DNA of 63,967 bases, counting the filler, from Phoronis australis (lineage: Eukaryota; Animalia; Phoronida): NCBI GenBank assembly GCA_002633005.1. It is 6 parts of 6 records of this genome, joined end to end, with 100 filler letters (N's around TTAATTAATTAA, not from the genome) between each part and the next. Parts side by side here need not be neighbours in the genome. Positions count along the whole stretch, not along the records: positions 30,210 to 41,757 come from NMRA01000064.1; positions 41,858 to 48,297 come from NMRA01000670.1; 4 more parts are not named here. One strand, given 5' to 3'. The notes beneath the pieces are model-generated. The model was given only the letters and a program-made list of their open reading frames with translations, was not told the origin of the DNA and made no database searches. Shown in pieces: positions 36,901 through 48,397 of this stretch. The first letter of the stretch is position 1; every line of letters begins with the position of its first letter. A program made the position numbers and the translations under genes.

Positions 36901-39030
36901 ATACCATTTTGTAATTAGTGTTTTGTTGCTATAATAGTTATTACCACTTGTTCCTTTTCAGATTGACATGGCTGAAGAAGTCAAGTCGAAGAAGTTTCAA
37001 TTGAGCAAGGTATTGTCAAAATCTCTTTCTTAGAGTGATGAAATAAGCATTTTGTGTATACTGTTCACTTTGTGTATCGCAACCATGTTTCACGAGAGCT
37101 CTGTGCCATATAACAACAATAACTACTTTCTTCAACCATGCTGTTGTCGTGCAGATTCAGTGAGTTGTCAGAGTTTGGAGTTAATGCCAGTGGCGTAATA
37201 CTTGAAGAATTTGCATATGTATACTGGAAATGGTCGAATAAATTGTACAAACGTGTGTTGTAAGTAATGTGATTATTGAAGATTCCGATTGGTTCATAGG
37301 ACAAAAATGAAGCCAGTCATCATAGTTTGTCTACACAAGTATGTTTCTACTGATCTTTGTCAAGGTGTGAATGCGGAAGGAAAAACTTGAAAACCATATT
37401 TGTTAACTCAGTTGTAGAGTAGATGCATGTCACGTGATTCATGCGATTAGAATACGCAAATGTAAAATAAATAGCTAATTCATGCATTCCATGCTATAAA
37501 AATCAATATACTTCTGGTGTAGGAGAATGCTGACAAGACAGGTAATTGTCTTGCTTTCAGGCTAGTTCAAAAGTGAGATCACTGAGAAAGGAACTTCTCC
37601 AAATACAACGTGAAAGCTCTGCGTAAGTATCTTGGTTATAGAAAAGCAGAAACAAGTCATTGCATCACGACTGATGAGTTTTTTCTTCACCAGTTGACCG
37701 CGTTGTGGTCTCTGGTAATGAAAGATTTGAAACTATGTAAAAATGAGGAGACTTACATTGCTAAAGATATCTTTATTTCAAGATGGCTTCCTCATCTTGC
37801 ATGGAACCCAATAGGTGTCATTAGCTTACAATAACCTTTTTCTGATTTGTTGATGACATGATGAAATATGCCTTGTGGGTAGATGGCAGTAAGGTAATTT
37901 TGTGGACAGTGATGTGAATGGATTTAATGCAGACGGACATTTTCCAGTGTTTTTTACAAATTGTATGCACTTCTGTGCAGTGAAAATATTCGAATGATTC
38001 ACCCAAAGATGTTTAACATCTTAAAATGTCCATTAATGAGAGAAATTACATTTAATCCGTCAATTCAGCCACTCCCAACACTAAAGCGTCTCCATGCTGG
38101 TGAAGAAATGTGTATAAATTGCAATCGTCAAACTAATGCATTTTGTATATTGTATTTTGTAGCCTTGCTTAGTAGTCTTGTCTTCAATAAAATTTTCTTT
38201 TCTGAAGTTCACTGTTAGTCACCCTGCGTGTTTCGGAAGCGTACGCTTTGTTGGTTTAATAATCAACAGCATTCATATAGCTATGCGTTCTCCATCTATG
38301 AATACTTTTCAGATTAAAAAGTGAGTTAAGGAGAAAGAAGGCTGAGCACGAAGCAACAAACACCGACACAAAGAAAATGATTTCACTGAGTAAATGGATG
38401 GAGAGTTTTCAACAGACTGTACGTGGACACGAACAAGATGTTCGTGAACAAGAATTGGTAAGATACACAAGTCATTGCTCTTCTTACATAACTGAAATTG
38501 GCAATACTTCCTCAATTTAGAACATACTTCCAAGTTAAAAGGATTTGGTGGGCAAGAGGAATTTTTGTTGTACAGTTCTGCAAAAACTTGACATGGTTTA
38601 CCGTGCATATTCAAGCATAGTCTAGTATTTATCAAAAAGAAAATAAACCATAATTTTTGCTCTGACACCCAAACTATCTCGTCTGGGACATTTTCAAATC
38701 TATGACTATTTTTTTGCTGGAAACCATCATTTGGAACGTTTTTTTTTGGTGAATTATATTTTGTCACCGTTAAATGTTTTGTTGCTGATAACTAAGGTCC
38801 GACACTGATATGTCTGCAGTATTACAATAGTCAGCTCAGGGTTCAAGAACTCTGGTTCTTAACCTGAACATGTAGTTTTACTAAACTCTCAATATTGTTC
38901 CCTTCAGGAATACGACCACGAAGACAATGCGGAGGCGCTGCTGTTAGAAGCAAAGATCAATCTCGAGTCTATGCAGAAGCTGAGGGTTTATAATGACAAA
39001 CTGGATGAATGCTTGTCGTCCAATGGTTGA
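33915..39030 (+). CDS. CENPU: Centromere protein U (CENP-U/MLF1IP) orthologue, 8 coding exons, ~281 aa
   Basis: GT-AG, phase-consistent exons: 33915-34064, 34652-34784, 35180-35285, 36677-36755, 36962-37009, 37561-37622, 38313-38457, 38908-39030 (846 nt). A basic disordered N-terminus is followed by W...RRLP..LMDLDILLNEIE...FKER..QKVVRNAIVHFFRNV, a coiled coil, and YD..NAEALLLEAK..L....LR..N.KL, which matches the CENP-U C-terminal pattern. AATAAA at about 39073. An additional upstream exon is likely. Confidence 0.8.
36128..36484. repeat. 29-bp minisatellite, ~12 units, in CENP-U intron 3
   Basis: (GTTTTGTATGACGGCTACCATTATACAAA)n with no spacers. Confidence 0.95.
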
Positions 39031-39671
39031 CTCATCAATATGTTGATGGTGTGCTTGTTATTGTGTTTTGTAAATAAAGATGTTTATTTAACACATTTAT
39101 TGTTGTCATTCTCCAACAATCACATGCATATACATTTACATTAATTAAATTTACCCAGGTTTTAGTAGTCATTAATTAATATGAACAATGTACGTTAAAT
39201 AACACACACCACTCGTGTATTGCTGAACAACCAGCATTATAGTCTATACAGAGCGAGTTTGTACAATTTATCACAGTGTTTACAGTAACATCTAAATGTT
39301 ATTATCAATGGAGTGCTGCTGACCAACCAGCATTACACTTTCATGGTCTATACAGAGTTAGGACATGTAACTCGTCACAGCGCTAAGTGACCACTGAATG
39401 TGATCAACACACATTCTAATAGTGCCTCGTTAACTGGCTGCCCAGAACTACCAAATAAGGTTTATATGGGCACACTATATTATTTATCTTGTCACACATG
39501 AGTCGTTATACAGAAGACAGCCATGACAATGGATCTGATGTGATCTTCCAGCATAAGATGAATGAGCATTCAAAAGAAACCCGACACTTGGGGCCAGTCA
39601 TTTGTTACAACAGGACATAATGTCACTATAAACCACATTCCGACATCATACACCCGGGGGGGGGGGGGGTT

Positions 39672-39931
39672 NNNNNNNNNNNNNNNNNNNNNNNNNNNNN
39701 NNNNNNNNNNNNNNNNNNNNNNNNNNNNNNNNNNNNNNNNNNNNNNNNNNNNNNNNNNNNNNNNNNNNNNNNNNNNNNNNNNNNNNNNNNNNNNNNNNNN
39801 NNNNNNNNNNNNNNNNNNNNNNNNNNNNNNNNNNNNNNNNNNNNNNNNNNNNNNNNNNNNNNNNNNNNNNNNNNNNNNNNNNNNNNNNNNNNNNNNNNNN
39901 NNNNNNNNNNNNNNNNNNNNNNNNNNNNNNN
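39672..39931. other. Assembly gap (N run) at a poly-G tract
   Basis: CCCG(n)TT appears on both sides of the gap. Confidence 0.95.
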
Positions 39932-40323
39932 CCCCGGGGGGGGGGGGGTTCTGATGTCTACTTTCTTCACAGGCATCTTTTGTCTTAGAAAGCGGCACCA
40001 TCTCATTCTTATTCTTTGTTCGAATTGAAATTGATAACTAATATTGACACGAAATCGTACTGCTTTAAAGGTTGATACTAAGCTGCCATAACAAGCAACT
40101 GCAATGAGTGTGGACAGTTCATCTCAAGTTCAGAAATTGTTTCTAATTTGAGAAACAAACACGAGATTAATTTTAAAATGATACAAGGGGCTGGTTTATT
40201 TCATCTTTGATAACTGTTTTTTGAACTTGCTGAGAACTAAACTCTCAGCTGGTGATGCTGCTGTATTTGAGGTCTTTAATGGATACAGAAAATAACTAGT
40301 CAATCTGTCACCACGAAGACGGT

Positions 40324-40914
40324 TTAATTAAATGATGAGCACAATGCTTCCATGAGCGCTGGCTTGAGAATGAGCCCAGAATTTGTTAGATAGTGCATGA
40401 ACCTGTAAATAAAAGGGAATATAAGAGGATTTTGTCAAGGTCGGATGCATTAAAACACAGCTTGCAGAAGTGGATTTTTGCGAAATATTTACCCAAATAA
40501 ATCCGGAGCCTTCCAGTTTTGTGAAAACCACAACCTTCAAGAACTTTCACAACATAACCTCAACAATTTATAATCTATATTATTATACGACCAAATACCT
40601 GTCCTCTGATTAGCTAAAACATAGTACGTTGACTTCTGTTAGGTGATGTTGACCAGCTAGCCGTGCGACATTGAGTAATTAGCTTTGAGGGTCACATTTT
40701 GTAACAACTTCCATGCAACCCAAGGACACTATCTATGCACTATAAGAATGCCTACCTGCGTTTCACTTTAGCTACTTCTCGGTTTTGTTCAGTTTTACAT
40801 ATCTGCCTCAGGGCTGGGACGTAGTCAGTAGAGACACCATATGAGGGTCTCCGCGCAATCTCTGGTAGCAGGCGCTGCACACTTTCCACCATCTTCAGAT
40901 TGGACGCCAACAGA
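40324..40914 (-). CDS. ATAD5: ATAD5/ELG1 (RFC-like PCNA unloader), last two coding exons
   Basis: Exons 40914-40756 and 40402-40324 (phase 2, GT-AG) give ...VSTDYVPALRQICKTEQNREVAKVKRR|FMHYLTNSGLILKPALMEALCSSFN*. This matches the ATAD5 C-terminal motif (E/D)YLP.LR.ICKTE...E..K.KRRFLHY. Confidence 0.8.
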
Positions 40915-41757
40915 CTGTAAAAGCATGGAGTTAAGGAATCGGTTTTGGTTATTGTCAGTCACACAAATACAAGTTACAAGAGAGTGTACAATCACATCCC
41001 GCATTGCACAACTAGTGTTGTTATTGTGTTTGGACACAAGTGTAAATTAGGGGGTATTGCTTTATGATGACTTTGCATTTATCAAAAAAACAATGCCAGT
41101 TAATGCTTATAGTTTTCGTGACTGCACTATGTTCAGGGTAGGGCTGGCAGTATTTTCTGGCATGATGAAGAACTTGTAGACTTCTGGACCTGGGAAAGCA
41201 TGTGAGTCGCATTTGGTCTTAAGTGTTGAACTGAGGGAGGCAAACTCATATAGAAACAGAATTAATAAAAATATGACAGTAATTAAGCTTTAAATCTGGG
41301 TAAACATGCACAAAATGCAAAAAAGGGCTTTCTTTTGATCACAGCTTGAAGGAACTTTCCATAACGTTGCATGTTGACATAACTTCAAATCCCCATTTCT
41401 GAGCTGGATACTAATTTGATCATTTGTCAATGATTCAGTAATTGTTAGAAATCAAGGAATGCTTTCCTTAACAAAAACAACTGAGCTAAATTTCATTGAC
41501 AGAGAATTATTAAACTGTTTCCAAAGAACTTAACCGACGAACATGAAAAATATGACAGTTGACCAAGCAGATACTCTCAATCAATGGCGAAATAAGAATC
41601 CTAGTTTTTTGTATTAAGGTTACATGTACCCCTAATTAAATTTTTTCTTGAAATAGCTAAGTACCTAGCGACAGTCAATTCTTACAAGTGCATATTTTCT
41701 GAAACAAGGAATTGAAACAAACCTAATCATGTCATTCACAACACTACCATTCTCGTA

Positions 41758-41857
41758 NNNNNNNNNNNNNNNNNNNNNNNNNNNNNNNNNNNNNNNNNNN
41801 NTTAATTAATTAANNNNNNNNNNNNNNNNNNNNNNNNNNNNNNNNNNNNNNNNNNNN
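41758..41857. other. Artificial scaffold-joining spacer
   Basis: N44-TTAATTAATTAA-N44. Confidence 0.97.
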
Positions 41858-42210
41858 CTCACGGACCTGCAAATACCGTCCACTGACTCACAAACACGGG
41901 AACGGACTCACAAAACACGATTCACGCACCCAAATACACGGGACACGGACTCATATTCACGAGGAAACACGGTTAACAGACCGCCACAAATGGGTCACTG
42001 ACTCATCGGCTTCCTGGGTCAGCTGACATCTTCATTTTGTCCGTGACCCGTGTTTGGCGGTCCGTTAACTGTGTTTCCTTGTGAATATGAGTCTGTGTCC
42101 CATGTATTTGGGTGTGTGAATCGTGTTTTGTGAGTCCATTCCCGTGTTTGTGAGTTAGTGGACGGTGTTTGCAGGTCCGTGGGTCGTGTTTATGAGTCCG
42201 TTGACCATGC
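41858..42210. mobile_element. Foldback/palindromic element with ~145-bp inverted arms
   Basis: 41858-42002 is the imperfect reverse complement of about 42039-42185. The left end is cut by the contig edge. Confidence 0.8.
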
Positions 42211-42888
42211 AGTTTAGGTACCTTGCAACTGATGTGTAGAGCCTCATGGAATTTTAAGCTCCTTTGTTGTTACAGCCTGGTCTATTATTGTAAAGTCATT
42301 GAAAGAGCACTGCTGATAACAATGATTGGAGCTCTGTAGGTGAATATTTACATGTGAACCTCTGTCACAATTTAGATGATCTTTGGTCCTGGTTTTCAAA
42401 TGGCGAACTGTTTCGCCTATATAACTGAAGCCACATCCAGCACAGATGAATTTGTACACTCCCCTGGACTGTAGACCATAGGAATTTTGTCCTTAGGGTT
42501 AAATAAATTCGACAGCTTCAGAGACTTGAATGTTAATACAAGTCTTAAGTTTACACAATAATCATTCACCAATTTGTTGAGTTTTCGTTGAGCAATCTTG
42601 GCGTAAAACCCAACATACGGCACTTTAAAATACTTGTAGTTAGTTTTGTCTACAGGATGAACATCATCAGGGTTACGTTGGAGTCTTGCTTTCAGTACCC
42701 TATTGACTAATTCTAGGGGATAGCAATTCTTTTGCAAATTCGTTGTAAGTTCTTTAATATTAGAAACAAATCTAGCCCAAGTGTTGTTAATGCGATATAC
42801 CCTGTCTATTAGAGTTTTAATGATACCTACTTTGTAAATAAAGGATGTGAAGCTATGAAAACAAGTGTACAGTCCTGTGTAGGTCTTC

Positions 42889-44473
42889 CATGCTATGAAC
42901 ATTCGCACTAAATAAAATTGGTTCTAACCCCGGTGTTTAAGGTAAACGGCGGGGTATGGAAAATTGAACTAGACCGTATTTACATGCTATGAACATTCCC
43001 ACTAAATAAAATTGGTTCTAACCCCGGTGTTTAAGGTAAACGGCGGGGTATGGAAATTTGAACTAGACCGTATTTATCCACCTTGGCTGAGACGCGCTCG
43101 GCTCATGCTCAAAGGGATGCCGCCAAGCTGCTCTATTCATCGAGTCACGAGCGAGGATAATTGACTTCGCACATGCGGATATGATCAGCTGATTACAGTC
43201 TAGCCTAACAACAGTACTTTTTATGGAGAGAAGTTTACATAGTTTTTACTGTAATATTTGAAAAGAGGAGCGAAAACAAATACGAATACAACTTTGAATT
43301 TTTCAAATCGGCCCAGGATAAGAGATTTTGCAACACAGAAACACTCACGATTACTTTCATTCGGCGCGCACGAATACAAAAATATAGGACCCAAGTTAGG
43401 ATTGTATAAATGTAGAACTACTCCGTGTGTTATTTAGGTTTTGGAAAAAATGCATTTTAATACTCAAAATACGTTTTGTATAGCTATTACAAGCTCTAAA
43501 ACGACTTTGTGTAATTTCATTGAGATCGTTCTTTGTCATCCGTCAAACCGGAAACTTCCGAGATGTGACTCTGCGAGCGCACTCACCTTGCACGTTACAG
43601 CCGTTTAAGTGAAAAACAATCTAGTAAACGCCATTTTCTTGCATAATCCTCCGCCTTTTGTAACAAAAAAGTCTATCGTCGATGACCCGCACACGCACGC
43701 TCACTCACTCTCATACGCAGACGACCTTCAAAACAAACGTCACGTGACAACAACATGTGTGTTCATCCAGAGATTTTTCTCGTGTTGTGGAGTACGATGT
43801 AGCGCACATTTGGACTTAATCGCAATTAATCTGGACTCCACAGGAACTTTAAAAATTGTAAAACATCAGGAAGATTTCAGGTAATTTGTTGAGTCGAAAC
43901 TATATTTTTATTCAAGAGTACAAGTTTTCCTATTGACGATCGCGATTCAGCGACGCATCAGTCGGCAAGTTTTCGCCCTGTGATGAGCACAATTTTTTGA
44001 AAAATTATCGTAATTTAACAACGGAAGTTGATAGCAATGCACCACAATTTTGTAGAAAGGCTGTCATAGGCTACAAATACGTCACAGAGCGTAAATTTGA
44101 TGAATCCTAGCTTCCGATTTTACCCGTTTGGGAAACCGGGTTTCAACTGCCGTAGGCTCACTACAATAAGCGTCCCCTCCCCGTGAAATGAATTTTTCTA
44201 AGCGTTTGTTTGAGCCAATACAGTATACAGCTTTCCACCAAGGCTAGGTGATGCAAGACATTATTACTTGTTCTTTGTTGCATTATAGTAACTGGTCTTG
44301 GCTAATTATCATTTTATGGCCTGGTCATCCATTCAGCCCAAAGTAGTTCCAGAGGTGGCTTATCAGCCAATTATTCACGCATGCTGACTCACAATAGAAG
44401 CCTGATAAGAGTGAAGGTGGATAAATGCGGTGTTCCTACAGTTTCTTGTTTTAGTGGATGTGTTCACAACATG
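42889..44473 (+). mobile_element. Non-autonomous TIR DNA transposon, copy A (94-bp duplicated left end)
   Basis: Termini CATGCTATGAACA ... TGTTCACAACATG; 42889-42982 is repeated at 42983-43076. It is inserted within Penelope codons H-K-K-T with an apparent 2-bp TC duplication. Confidence 0.75.
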
Positions 44474-44866
44474 TCTTATGAAATACTGATGTTATCACTG
44501 AGGTACCCTCACGCTCCACTAACATGTCCAGAAATGGCAAAATGTTGTCGACCTCTAATTCTATACTGAATTTCAAGTTAGGATGCCTCTAGTTTAAATA
44601 CACCAAAAATTCCAGACTGCAGACTGGCAGACTGCTGATTTTCAAATATACAAAACACATCATCTACATATTGTCGGTAGAAATAGACATGAGGACCAGT
44701 GTACATCTCAATCCATGTTTTCTCATGTTGTAAACACATCCACTACCACAAGAAACTGTAAGAAAACCACATTTATCCACCTTCACTCTTATCAGGCTTC
44801 TATTATGAGTCGTCATGCGTGAATAATTGGCTGATAAGCCACCTATGGAACTACTTTTGGTTGAAT

Positions 44867-44901
44867 CAATGAGCTATACCAGGTCCTGGTATAGCTCATT
44901 A
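44867..44901. mobile_element. 35-bp palindromic insertion with 7-bp TSD
   Basis: GTTGAAT|CAATGAGCTATACCAGGTCCTGGTATAGCTCATTA|GTTGAAT; absent from the paralogous site at about 45248-45254. Confidence 0.75.
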
Positions 44902-45596
44902 GTTGAATAGATGGCCAGGCCATAAAATGATAATTAACCAAGACCTAGCTGCATGGAATAGTTAATACCTTCATGGCAATTTTGAAAGAGTGGGCATCTG
45001 CTAGTTTTTCGCTGAAAGTGTTTTAAAAAAACTTGGTTTACCGACCTCTGATTTTATGAATTATGCAAACATTGAAATTCAAACATGCAACGTTTTCATT
45101 TCTGCCATCATCATGTTGTGAACACATTCACTACCACAAGAAACTGTAGGAACACTGCATTTATCCACCTTCACTATAATCAGGCTTCTATTGTGAGTCA
45201 GCATGCGTGAATAATTGGCTGATAAGCCACCTCTGGGACTACTTTTGGCTGAATGGATGACCAGGCTGTAAAATGATAATTAGCCAAGAACAGTTACTAA
45301 TGCAACAAAGAATAATGTCATGTGAGCATTACCTAGTCTTGGTTTATAGCTGTATACTGTATTGGCTCTAATAAACGCTTAGAAAAATTCATTTCACGGG
45401 GAGGTGACGCTTGTTGTAGCCTACGGCAGTTGAAACCCGGTTTCCCAAATGCGCAAAATCGGAAGCTAAGATTCATCAAATCTACGCTCTGTGTCGTATT
45501 TTTAGCCTATGGCAGTCGTTCCACAAAATTGTGGTGCATTGCTATCAACTTCCGTTGTTAAATTACGATAATTTTTCAAAAAATTGTGCTCATCAC

Positions 45597-45934
45597 ATAG
45601 CGCAGAAGCGTGGCTTTCTTGCGCGGATCCCGAGTAATGTTCTTTGCCACCACATAATTGTCAAGTCGCTTAATCCACAATTCCCAACGGGAACCAGCCG
45701 ACTCCGTGGGATGAAGAATAAATGGTTTAACCGCAAGATCTTCCATTTTTATCCTCGTCGCCAAAATGTTGTGTTCGTAGAACCAGTAAAACAACACAGA
45801 TGAGAGTAATATATAGTACGTCTATTCACTTGCAGAACTAATGCAAGAAGGGGACGAGCACGTGGCCTCTGGGCATTAATACCACGTGACTATATTCTAA
45901 GGAAAACCACAAGTAGCATTGCCAATACACAACA
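45597..45934 (-). mobile_element. Gypsy (Mag-like) 5' fragment: 168-bp LTR, PBS and gag start
   Basis: LTR 45767-45934 has a perfect TGTTGTGT/ACACAACA inverted repeat. PBS TGGCGACGAGGAT (tRNA-Ser) is at 45751-45763. The ATG at 45746 starts MEDLAVKPF...WELWIKRLDNYVVAKNIT...KKATLL. Confidence 0.8.
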
Positions 45935-47446
45935 TCATGTTGGGGACGAGGTGAACTACCCGGGCTGCATGAAATTTCTGGATCTAACGCAGTGGTACCT
46001 ATAGTCAGCCACCTCGCTGTATCAAGACTATCGTCAAAATCCAAATTTGTTTTATCGTGTCCCTGTCAATAAATAACGGCATGCTAAAGTTTCTTAATGT
46101 TCGTACTTCAGGAACATAAGGATCCTGTTTTGTATACATATGCGCACGCCGCTGATCACATCTCGGAAATTTCTGATTTGACGGATGACAATGAATGACC
46201 ACAATGAAATTGAACAACGTCGTTTTACATCTTGGAAGAGCTATAATAAACGTATTTTGAATATTGCAAAGCATGTGTTCCAAAATCTAAATAACGGGTC
46301 CTATATTTTTGTATTCGTGCGCGCCGAATGAAAGTAATCTTGAGTGTTGCTGTGTTGCTAAATCTCTTATTCTGGGCCGATTTGAAAAATTCAAAGTTGT
46401 ACCAACATTTTTTCTCTCCTCTTTTCAAATATTACACTCAAAACTACCTAAAACGCTCTTCATAAAAAGTACGGTCATCCAGGCTAGATTGTAATCAGGT
46501 GATCGTATCCGCATGAGAGAAGTCAATTATCCTCGCTCGTGACTCGATGAATAGAGCAGCTAGGCGGGATCCCTTTGATCGTGAGCTGAGTGCAACGCAG
46601 CCAAGGTGGATAAATACGGTTTAGTTCAATCGGCCAAACCCCACAGCTTTCCCTGATCAGTGGGGTTGTGACGTCATCTTGTTTAATGGGAATGTTCACA
46701 GCATGTCATGGTGACCTAAAAACATGCCGGCTGCCAAAACAGATTAATATCTCAATACCACTGTAAAAAGTGATTCAATTATTTGACATTCACTGATTTA
46801 TGTAATAACTGAATCCACAAAAAACTGCAATTTAGCATTCTAGATGTATAGATGAGAAACATTTCATGTACAGTTAGTAATCTGCAAAGCTTCTGAAAAT
46901 TTTCTCAGCTCCAATAAATTTAATGAATTTCATCATTCTTTTCATTAAATGAAATCTGAAAAATCCAAAAAACAATTCTATGTGCCCAAATACAACCACT
47001 ACCCAAGGTTCCACAACATAGAAAATATTTTCCTATAGCTTGATTTACAATTCAGGTAAACCTGCCAGTGGTCTTTTATTTCGTAACTATCTCATTTAAA
47101 TCACTTTGAAAATAATCTTTTGTACTATTTTTTCTATTATGAATGTATCCTTGCTACACTTTCACTTAAATCACACAAGACTGAGCCCTACCAGGAAAGT
47201 GAGATGTTGATCATTTCACACCTGTTGTCTGGCAAGTCTATATGCACAAACCAGGAAAGCTTGGAAAAGTTTATCTTTGAATTGAGGTGTTTGATGAGGA
47301 AGTCACAAGGATATCATAACCAAGTATTTATAGAATGTGAAACCAGGCTAAGTGTCAAATAACACGTATGACCAAGTTTTATAGTGATATCAAGGAAACA
47401 GTTTAGATAAGCTATAAAGAATACTCAGGTATGTGAGTCAGCAGCC

Positions 47447-48152
47447 ATGTTGTTAACAAGCTGTGTACCTGTTGCTGTGTTACTTCTTCAGCATACCTAC
47501 CATGTATACACAGGTAAATATAATTCTACAGTTTGTTACATTTCTAAACATAACCAGAAGCTATCATGTTAGTATGTCCAACTTAGCTTAAGAACTCGAA
47601 CCGTGGTACAACTAGGATTATTTAATCTTGTAAAAATATAAACAGTAAAAATGTAACATCATTCAGAAATTTAGCTGCTGCTCGAAACATTTCTGTTCAA
47701 ATTTCATTACAAATCAGTAATTACCAAATGTCCAGTTCAATTAATCATTCCAAAACAACAAAAAACAAGAGTTTTCTTTAGCCACACTTTATTCTGTATA
47801 TCATGGAGTGTTTTATTACTACTATATAAATGACACATTTTGTCTTATTTAGAAACATTTGAAGGCTTAGCAGTGCAGAAAGCAATGATATGTTCCAATG
47901 GAAACATACCGCTACAGTGCAACTCTGAAAACATTTATGTGTTGGCATCAGAGTTTCTCTACCAAGGGCAGAGCACTAGCTGTGACCCATGGTCAGTTGG
48001 GAAAGTTTGCACAATACCTGCAGGACATCACCAGGAGATTGTATCCAACTGTTCAACATACAAACAGTGTACAGTCACAGCAGACATCCCTTACCAGCTG
48101 TGTGAATCATACTGGGTCAACTCAATGATTGTCAACTATGTCTGTAAAGGAG
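47447..48152 (+). CDS. Secreted or surface protein with a SUEL/rhamnose-binding-lectin-like domain (first two exons, 3' incomplete)
   Basis: TATAAA at 47413. Exon 47447-47513 encodes a signal-peptide-like MLLTSCVPVAVLLLQ. Phase 1-1 exon 47853-48152 has SUEL-like Cys spacing (IC....LQC...IYV...C...C...IVSNC..YKQCTV...C...MIVNYVC). Confidence 0.65.
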
Positions 48153-48165
48153 GTATGATTTACAC

Positions 48166-48284
48166 GCTTTTTACTTGGCGGAATTCTTTGAATTCCGTCA
48201 AGTATGTTGGTCTGACAGCAAGTTTTTTACTTGGCGGAATTCTTCGAATTCCGTCAAGTATGTTGCTCTGACAGCAAGTTTTTT
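48166..48284. repeat. Two ~56-bp tandem units with an internal hairpin
   Basis: TACTTGGCGGAATTC.T.GAATTCCGTCAAGTA...CTGACAGCAAG occurs twice. Confidence 0.8.
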
Positions 48285-48297
48285 TTTTTTTTTTTTT

Positions 48298-48397
48298 NNN
48301 NNNNNNNNNNNNNNNNNNNNNNNNNNNNNNNNNNNNNNNNNTTAATTAATTAANNNNNNNNNNNNNNNNNNNNNNNNNNNNNNNNNNNNNNNNNNNN
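48298..48397. other. Artificial scaffold-joining spacer
   Basis: N44-TTAATTAATTAA-N44. Confidence 0.97.

Larger units (their letters stand above)
44724..46705 (-). mobile_element. Same TIR family inverted: partial end (44724-44945) plus copy B (45112-46705)
   Basis: 45112-45597 is the reverse complement of about 43978-44473, and 46280-46630 of about 43058-43400. Termini CATGTTGTGAACA ... TGTTCACAGCATG. Confidence 0.75.
42244..46745 (-). mobile_element. Penelope-like retroelement (RT + GIY-YIG), decayed and interrupted
   Basis: The pieces rejoin: 46745-46706 (MFLGHH); 44723-44474 (EKTWIEM...YFYRQYVDDVFCIF...HPNLKFSIELE...LPFLDML...TSVFHK); 42888-42244 (KTYTGLY...KVGIIKTLIDR...VPYVG, a frameshift, then YKFICAGCGFSYIGETVRHLKTR..DH). 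Confidence 0.85.

Noticed and set aside
38309-38767. 152-aa minus-strand ORF
   Set aside because: It is antisense to CENP-U exon 7 and its intron, and has no motifs.
39562-40006. ORFs of 126-143 aa
   Set aside because: They are open only because they run through an N gap.
42889-46705. A single 3.8-kb foldback transposon
   Set aside because: Internal TIR ends at 44473, 44724 and 45112, plus the intervening Penelope RT, show separate inverted insertions.
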